NCBI GenBank assembly: GCA_027622665.1 | Contig: JAQBYT010000006.1 | Location: 1-64,000, forward strand | DNA length: 64,000 nucleotides | DNA from: Verrucomicrobiota bacterium | GTDB lineage: Bacteria; Verrucomicrobiota; Verrucomicrobiia; Opitutales; Seribacteraceae | Reading direction: 5' to 3' | Part shown: in pieces, positions 59,751 through 64,000 of the stretch | Layout of the letters: the number at the start of each line of letters is the position of its first letter | How positions within the stretch are numbered: position 1 is the first letter of the stretch | Translations under genes and position numbers: made by a program | Notes under the pieces: model-generated | What the model saw: the letters and a program-made list of their open reading frames with translations, nothing else | Database searches by the model: none | Told to the model about the DNA's origin: nothing

Positions 59751-60917
59751 TCAGAACTTGATTTTGCAGTTCGGCAGGGCCTTCTTGAGCATGGTTTGTT
59801 GAGTGCCGGTAATTTTATTTCCGTTGAGGTGCAATTCGGTCAGTTTGTTAAGACCTGCAATCGGCGTGACGTCGGTGACTTGGTTGTCGCTGATCCACAA
59901 TGTCTCCAGTTTGGTTAAGCTCTTCAAGGGGATGAGGTCCGTGACTCGGTTGTTGCTGAGAGTCAGCGTGGTCAGTTCGGTCAGATTTGCCAATGGAGCG
60001 ATATCCGTGATTTGATTTTTCGGGAGGTAGAGTTTGGTGAGTCGGTTCAACCCCGCCAGCGGTTTTACATCGGTGATTTGGTTGCCGAGCAGTACAAGTT
60101 TTGTCAGGCTTTTCAGATTCGCCAGTGGGCGAAGGTCCGTGATTTGGTTTTTTGGGAGGTAGAGCTTGGTTAGCTTGTTCAATCTCGCCAGTGGCGTGAG
60201 GTCTGTGACTCGGTTGCCGACAAGCACCAGTTTGGTTAAGTTTTTCAATCCGGCCAGTGGGGTGACGTCGGTGATTTGGTTGCCCCAAAGGTCTAGTTCT
60301 TCCAGATTTGTTAGTTTTGCCAGTGGAGAGATGTCTGTGATCCTGTTGTTCCATAGGTCGAGTTCCTCCAACTTGGTTAGTTCCGCCAGTGGAGAGATAT
60401 CGCTAATTCCGTTGCTTACGAAGCGTGCGTAGGTAGCCCCTATTTCCTCGGCCCTGTGAATCTGGGCCAAAACGGCAGATCCCCCTCGGGCTTTGAGCTC
60501 GGCCACACCTCCGTCTCGTCCCTTTGCTTCCTCGGCGAGTGACTTTGCCTTTTCGTCCTGCATTTTTGCTTCCTCCTCGGCAATGTAACGGGCTTCCATC
60601 TCGGCCAGCGCCTTTCCCTCCACCTCTTTGAGCCTTTTCGCATCCACTTCGTCCCGGCTCTTCTCCTCAACTGCAGTAAGTCTCATAGCCTCCTCTGCTC
60701 TCCTCTTTTCAGCTGTAATGAAAATGGGGTTCGGATGGCCGCATCCCGGGCATTCGTGGGCTTGCTTGGAGATGCCATTCCCGCAAGCCTCGCACTTCCC
60801 GATCAGCGATTGTTCGGATGCCCGTCCTTCGCTGGTTTTGCCTGAATCGTCATTCACCAGATCGCAGGCCGAGAATAATAATGCGGGTATTGCGATGACT
60901 GTATGAAGTAGCTTCAT
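59751..60917 (-). CDS. Lipoprotein: C4 zinc ribbon + coiled coil + internalin-type LRRs
   Basis: LFSAC lipobox; CEACGNGISKQAHECPGCGHPN; ~10 22-aa LRRs; LKKALPNCKIKF cap. Confidence 0.9.
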   Translation of the reverse strand: MKLLHTVIAIPALLFSACDLVNDDSGKTSEGRASEQSLIGKCEACGNGISKQAHECPGCGHPNPIFITAEKRRAEEAMRLTAVEEKSRDEVDAKRLKEVEGKALAEMEARYIAEEEAKMQDEKAKSLAEEAKGRDGGVAELKARGGSAVLAQIHRAEEIGATYARFVSNGISDISPLAELTKLEELDLWNNRITDISPLAKLTNLEELDLWGNQITDVTPLAGLKNLTKLVLVGNRVTDLTPLARLNKLTKLYLPKNQITDLRPLANLKSLTKLVLLGNQITDVKPLAGLNRLTKLYLPKNQITDIAPLANLTELTTLTLSNNRVTDLIPLKSLTKLETLWISDNQVTDVTPIAGLNKLTELHLNGNKITGTQQTMLKKALPNCKIKF

Positions 60918-60992
60918 TGCCTCAACTATAAGTCGGTTGTGGTTTCCATCAAACTCTTGCTCCTCTCGATAAAGAGATTAGATGAGGGCTGT

Positions 60993-61005
60993 TTCGGGAC
61001 GCCTT
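60993..61005. repeat. Junction motif TTCGGGACGCCTT, copy 3
   Basis: Exact 13-mer shared with 29252-29264; lies between the two LRR genes. Confidence 0.6.
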
Positions 61006-61020
61006 TCAACTTATTTATAT

Positions 61021-61743
61021 TCAGAAGGAGATTTTACAGTTCGGAAGGGCTCTCCTGAGCATGGCCTTCTGGGCTTCGGTAGTTGTGTTCCCTTCGATAC
61101 TCAATTCACGAAGGTTGGTCATACCCGCAAGGGGCGTGACGGCAATAACTCGGTTTTGACCGAGGTTCAGTTCTTCCAACTTGGTCAGCCCCGTCAGGGG
61201 GGTGACGTCGGTGATTCGATTCTTACTGAGGAACAGCCTCTTCAAGTTCGTCAAACCCGCCAACGGCGTGAGATCCTTGATTTGATTTCCGTAGAGCTGT
61301 AGCTCGGCCAGGTTGGTCAATCCAGCCAGAGGCGTGAGGTCTGTGATCTCGTTATCATAAAGGCTTAGGAGCGTAAGTTGGGGCAACTCCGCAAGTGATG
61401 TTAGGTCGCGGATTTGGTTGCCGTAGAGGTATAGTTTGGTTTCACCGTCCTCCTTCGCTTGACGAATCTTGGATAGCGTATCCTGACCGCCTTTAGCCAT
61501 TACTGCATCTTCCTCTGCCAGTTGCATGGCATTCTTTTGAGCCTCAAGAAAATCGGGGTTTGGATGACCGCAACGCGGACAGCCTTTGGCTTGCTTGGAG
61601 ATGCCATTCCCGCAAGCCTCGCACTTCGTCATGAGAGATTGGTCGCCCGACTCTTCTTCCCTCCCTACCTCCAGGCGATCTCCGCTTCCGCACCCAGAAA
61701 ACAACGATAATGCGACTAGGATTCCCAGATATAATAACTTCAT
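61021..61743 (-). CDS. Lipoprotein: C4 zinc ribbon + internalin-type LRRs
   Basis: LFSGC lipobox; CEACGNGISKQAKGCPRCGHPN; ~6 LRRs; LRRALPNCKISF cap. Confidence 0.9.
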   Translation of the reverse strand: MKLLYLGILVALSLFSGCGSGDRLEVGREEESGDQSLMTKCEACGNGISKQAKGCPRCGHPNPDFLEAQKNAMQLAEEDAVMAKGGQDTLSKIRQAKEDGETKLYLYGNQIRDLTSLAELPQLTLLSLYDNEITDLTPLAGLTNLAELQLYGNQIKDLTPLAGLTNLKRLFLSKNRITDVTPLTGLTKLEELNLGQNRVIAVTPLAGMTNLRELSIEGNTTTEAQKAMLRRALPNCKISF

Positions 61744-61779
61744 TCCCTCAACCTAGAAAGCGGAAGGGATTAGAGTCAA
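61744..61779 (-). promoter_or_regulatory. Sigma70-like promoter, leaderless spacing
   Basis: TTGACT-N18-TAGGTT-N6-ATG. Confidence 0.55.
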
Positions 61780-61829
61780 GGTAGTGGGTGCTGCGGCTAG
61801 AAGTTTGTAGTGCTTTGGCAAGCGTCGAA

Positions 61830-63116
61830 TCAATTGGAACCAGTCGAGAGGCAGACGGCTTCCTTGGTGCTTCTTGCGAAGACTCGACCGTCGCTCAAGA
61901 CGGGAGTACTCCAGCACTTTCCTGTGATTACTTTGCGACGGGCCAATTCCTCGTAGCCTTTCGGCGATGCTGAGACCACGGCGAGTTCGCCGTTGTCGGC
62001 CAGAGCAAGCAGCTTGTCTCCTGCGAGGATGACGTTGCCGGGCCCGTAACCGTCTTCAGACCACTTCACTTCACCGGTCTTCATTTCCACGCATTGAAGG
62101 GGGCCCTTGCCGTACTGCTTGAAGCCGAACATCCCGTACAAGTGGCCGTCGTGGTAGACGGGTGTGCTCCAGTGATTGATCAACTTGTTTGATTTGCGCC
62201 AGATCTCGGTCGAGGCGAAGGAGGAACCTTTCTTGGCGATTTTATAGAGTCCGGCTCCCACTCCATAACCGGCGGAGCAGTATACGAGATCGCCGGCAAC
62301 GATTGGCGAGGCGGCCGTGGATACGGCAAATCGGAACTTTTGTCGCCACAGTTCCTTGCCCGTGGATGCGTCGACGGAGACGATTCCCGAGACGCAAAAG
62401 AAGAGGACTTGGCGTACGCCGTGAATAGTGGCGGCTATAGGCGTGGCGTGAGTTATTGTTTCGTCGCCACTCTTCCAGACGCTCTTTCCGGTTGCACGAT
62501 CAAAGGCTAGAAAGGTTTGTCCTGCGCCGCCGCCGTAGACGATTACGTTGTTTCCTTCCAGCAAGGGGCCGGATGCGTTGTCCCACTTGATGGGAGTTCC
62601 CGAGTGTTCCTTTATGACGGATACCTTCCAGATTTCCTTACCGTTCGATGCATCGAAGCAATAAAGGTTCATGTCGGCATCGTAGACCCAAGCCTTGCCG
62701 TCTGCGGCGGATGGGGTGGAGCGTGGACCATCGCCGCCCTTGTTGTCCGAAGCTCCGGAGTCTCCTCCTCCTCGACCGAAATCGAGGCGATCCAATTTCG
62801 CCGCCCAGACTTCCTTCCCCGTCTTGACGTCGAGGGCTAGGCAGAATTCTTGCTTCAGGCCATCCTCGTCCGTCCTCCCGACAAGAGTGAACGCTCGCCC
62901 GCCGGAAACACTGAAAGAGCTGAAGCCAAGTGGCGTGTCCGCCTTCCATGCTTGGGAGGCTGGCTTATTGAGCCACGCGGCGGAGGCCAGTGTTTCCTGT
63001 GCTTTGTTGTCGGAATTGGCTCCGTGGTATTGGTTCCACTCGGCGGCTCCCAAACCATTTGCTCCGAAGAGAGCCAGCGTTAATAGTAGATGATTTGCTT
63101 TAAACTGCGATTGCAT
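61830..63116 (-). CDS. PQQ-binding-like beta-propeller protein
   Basis: WNQYHG, DGPRSTP, repeated DxxTGKxxW, KCWSTPV. Confidence 0.9.
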   Translation of the reverse strand: MQSQFKANHLLLTLALFGANGLGAAEWNQYHGANSDNKAQETLASAAWLNKPASQAWKADTPLGFSSFSVSGGRAFTLVGRTDEDGLKQEFCLALDVKTGKEVWAAKLDRLDFGRGGGDSGASDNKGGDGPRSTPSAADGKAWVYDADMNLYCFDASNGKEIWKVSVIKEHSGTPIKWDNASGPLLEGNNVIVYGGGAGQTFLAFDRATGKSVWKSGDETITHATPIAATIHGVRQVLFFCVSGIVSVDASTGKELWRQKFRFAVSTAASPIVAGDLVYCSAGYGVGAGLYKIAKKGSSFASTEIWRKSNKLINHWSTPVYHDGHLYGMFGFKQYGKGPLQCVEMKTGEVKWSEDGYGPGNVILAGDKLLALADNGELAVVSASPKGYEELARRKVITGKCWSTPVLSDGRVFARSTKEAVCLSTGSN

Positions 63117-63196
63117 GAGGCTGATTTGTTGATAGTCAGTATTCTTTATCTATTTTCTCGCTGATTTTTCAAACCTATTTGACCACCCTTTCGTAG

Positions 63197-64000
63197 ATGA
63201 CTGAAAAGACCTTTGACTATAACTGTTGGCCTGAGTCTATTCGGGTCGTTGACTCCCACACGGGCGGAGAGCCCACTCGTGTTGTTGTTTCCGGTGGTCC
63301 CGACCTCGGCTCGGGCAGTCTGGCGGACCGTCGCGAACGATTACGCGACGAATTTGATGACTTTAGGGCAGCCGTCGTACTTGAACCGCGCGGAACAGAC
63401 GTCTTGGTGGGCGGTTTATTGGTGGAACCTTCCGAACTCGATTGCGTTGCAGGTATTATATTCTTCAACAACGTCGGAGTTCTAAACATGTGTGGTCACG
63501 GTACGATTGGTTTGGCCGCAACTTTGGCCCATCTCGGTCGCGTTGACAAGGGAGTGCATCGTTTGGATACGCCCGTAGGTTCGGTGGGGATCGAATTACA
63601 TGACAACAACGAGGTAAGCGTCGAGAACGTGCCGAGCTATCGATTCGCACGAAACGTGACCATCGAAGTGGAGGGGCATGGTCCTTTGTCGGGCGACGTG
63701 GCGTGGGGTGGCAATTGGTTTTTTCTCGTGGAGGATCACGGTCAAGTGATTCAAGCGGGAAACGTCGAACAACTGTCCGTTTTTACGCGCCGTATTCGAG
63801 CGGCCCTGGATCGTGAAGGTGTGACTGGAGAAGGTGGGGGCGAAATCGACCACATCGAGCTTTTTGCCCCAACCGACAACCCTGCCGCCGATTCTCGTAA
63901 TTTCGTGCTTTGCCCGGGAGGAGCATACGACAGATCGCCCTGTGGCACGGGTACAAGCGCCAAGCTGGCTTGCCTTATCGCGGATGGTAAACTTTCTCCC
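63197..64000 (+). CDS. Proline racemase family protein, probable 4-hydroxyproline 2-epimerase (3' truncated by window)
   Basis: Translated by hand from ATG 63197: [46 protein letters not shown]. Confidence 0.93.
   Translation, partial: MTEKTFDYNCWPESIRVVDSHTGGEPTRVVVSGGPDLGSGSLADRRERLRDEFDDFRAAVVLEPRGTDVLVGGLLVEPSELDCVAGIIFFNNVGVLNMCGHGTIGLAATLAHLGRVDKGVHRLDTPVGSVGIELHDNNEVSVENVPSYRFARNVTIEVEGHGPLSGDVAWGGNWFFLVEDHGQVIQAGNVEQLSVFTRRIRAALDREGVTGEGGGEIDHIELFAPTDNPAADSRNFVLCPGGAYDRSPCGTGTSAKLACLIADGKLSP

Noticed and set aside
59751..61743. Diversity-generating retroelement TR/VR pair
   Set aside because: No reverse transcriptase; differences between paralogues are not visibly adenine-specific.

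Overview
A 64-kb bacterial chromosomal window. The gene inventory and protein style suggest a marine Verrucomicrobiota (Opitutales/Puniceicoccaceae-like) genome: sulfatases, PQQ-like beta-propellers, ASPIC/UnbV, a DUF1549/DUF1501 relic and squalene-cyclase-like repeat proteins. This taxonomy is inferred, not proven. Most of the window is intact housekeeping DNA: hpt, ybaB-recR, ispH, purB, PPi-type pfk, lysA, folA, valS, malic enzyme, pyrC, proA, uxaC, mgtE, tRNA-Cys, and a truncated hydroxyproline epimerase at the right edge. Two accessory patches (about 28.9-31.9 kb and 56.6-61.8 kb) hold repeat-domain lipoprotein genes (TPR; Zn-ribbon+LRR), orphans and several pseudogenes. The main signal is that these patches share short non-coding motifs. 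First, TCGGGACGCCTT sits at gene junctions and overlaps sequence of a degenerate tRNA-Pro 3' relic at 57376-57419. Second, GTCTCGACATTT recurs, in patch 2 inside a ~62-bp hairpin-bearing repeat. Third, patch 2 carries two copies of a 39-bp promoter+start-codon module placed in front of unrelated ORFs. Together these suggest a gene-cassette accretion or shuffling system whose recombinase is not in the window; this is a hypothesis. No CRISPR array, rRNA, transposase, integrase or reverse transcriptase was seen. All family calls come from motif recognition by eye, with no database searches.
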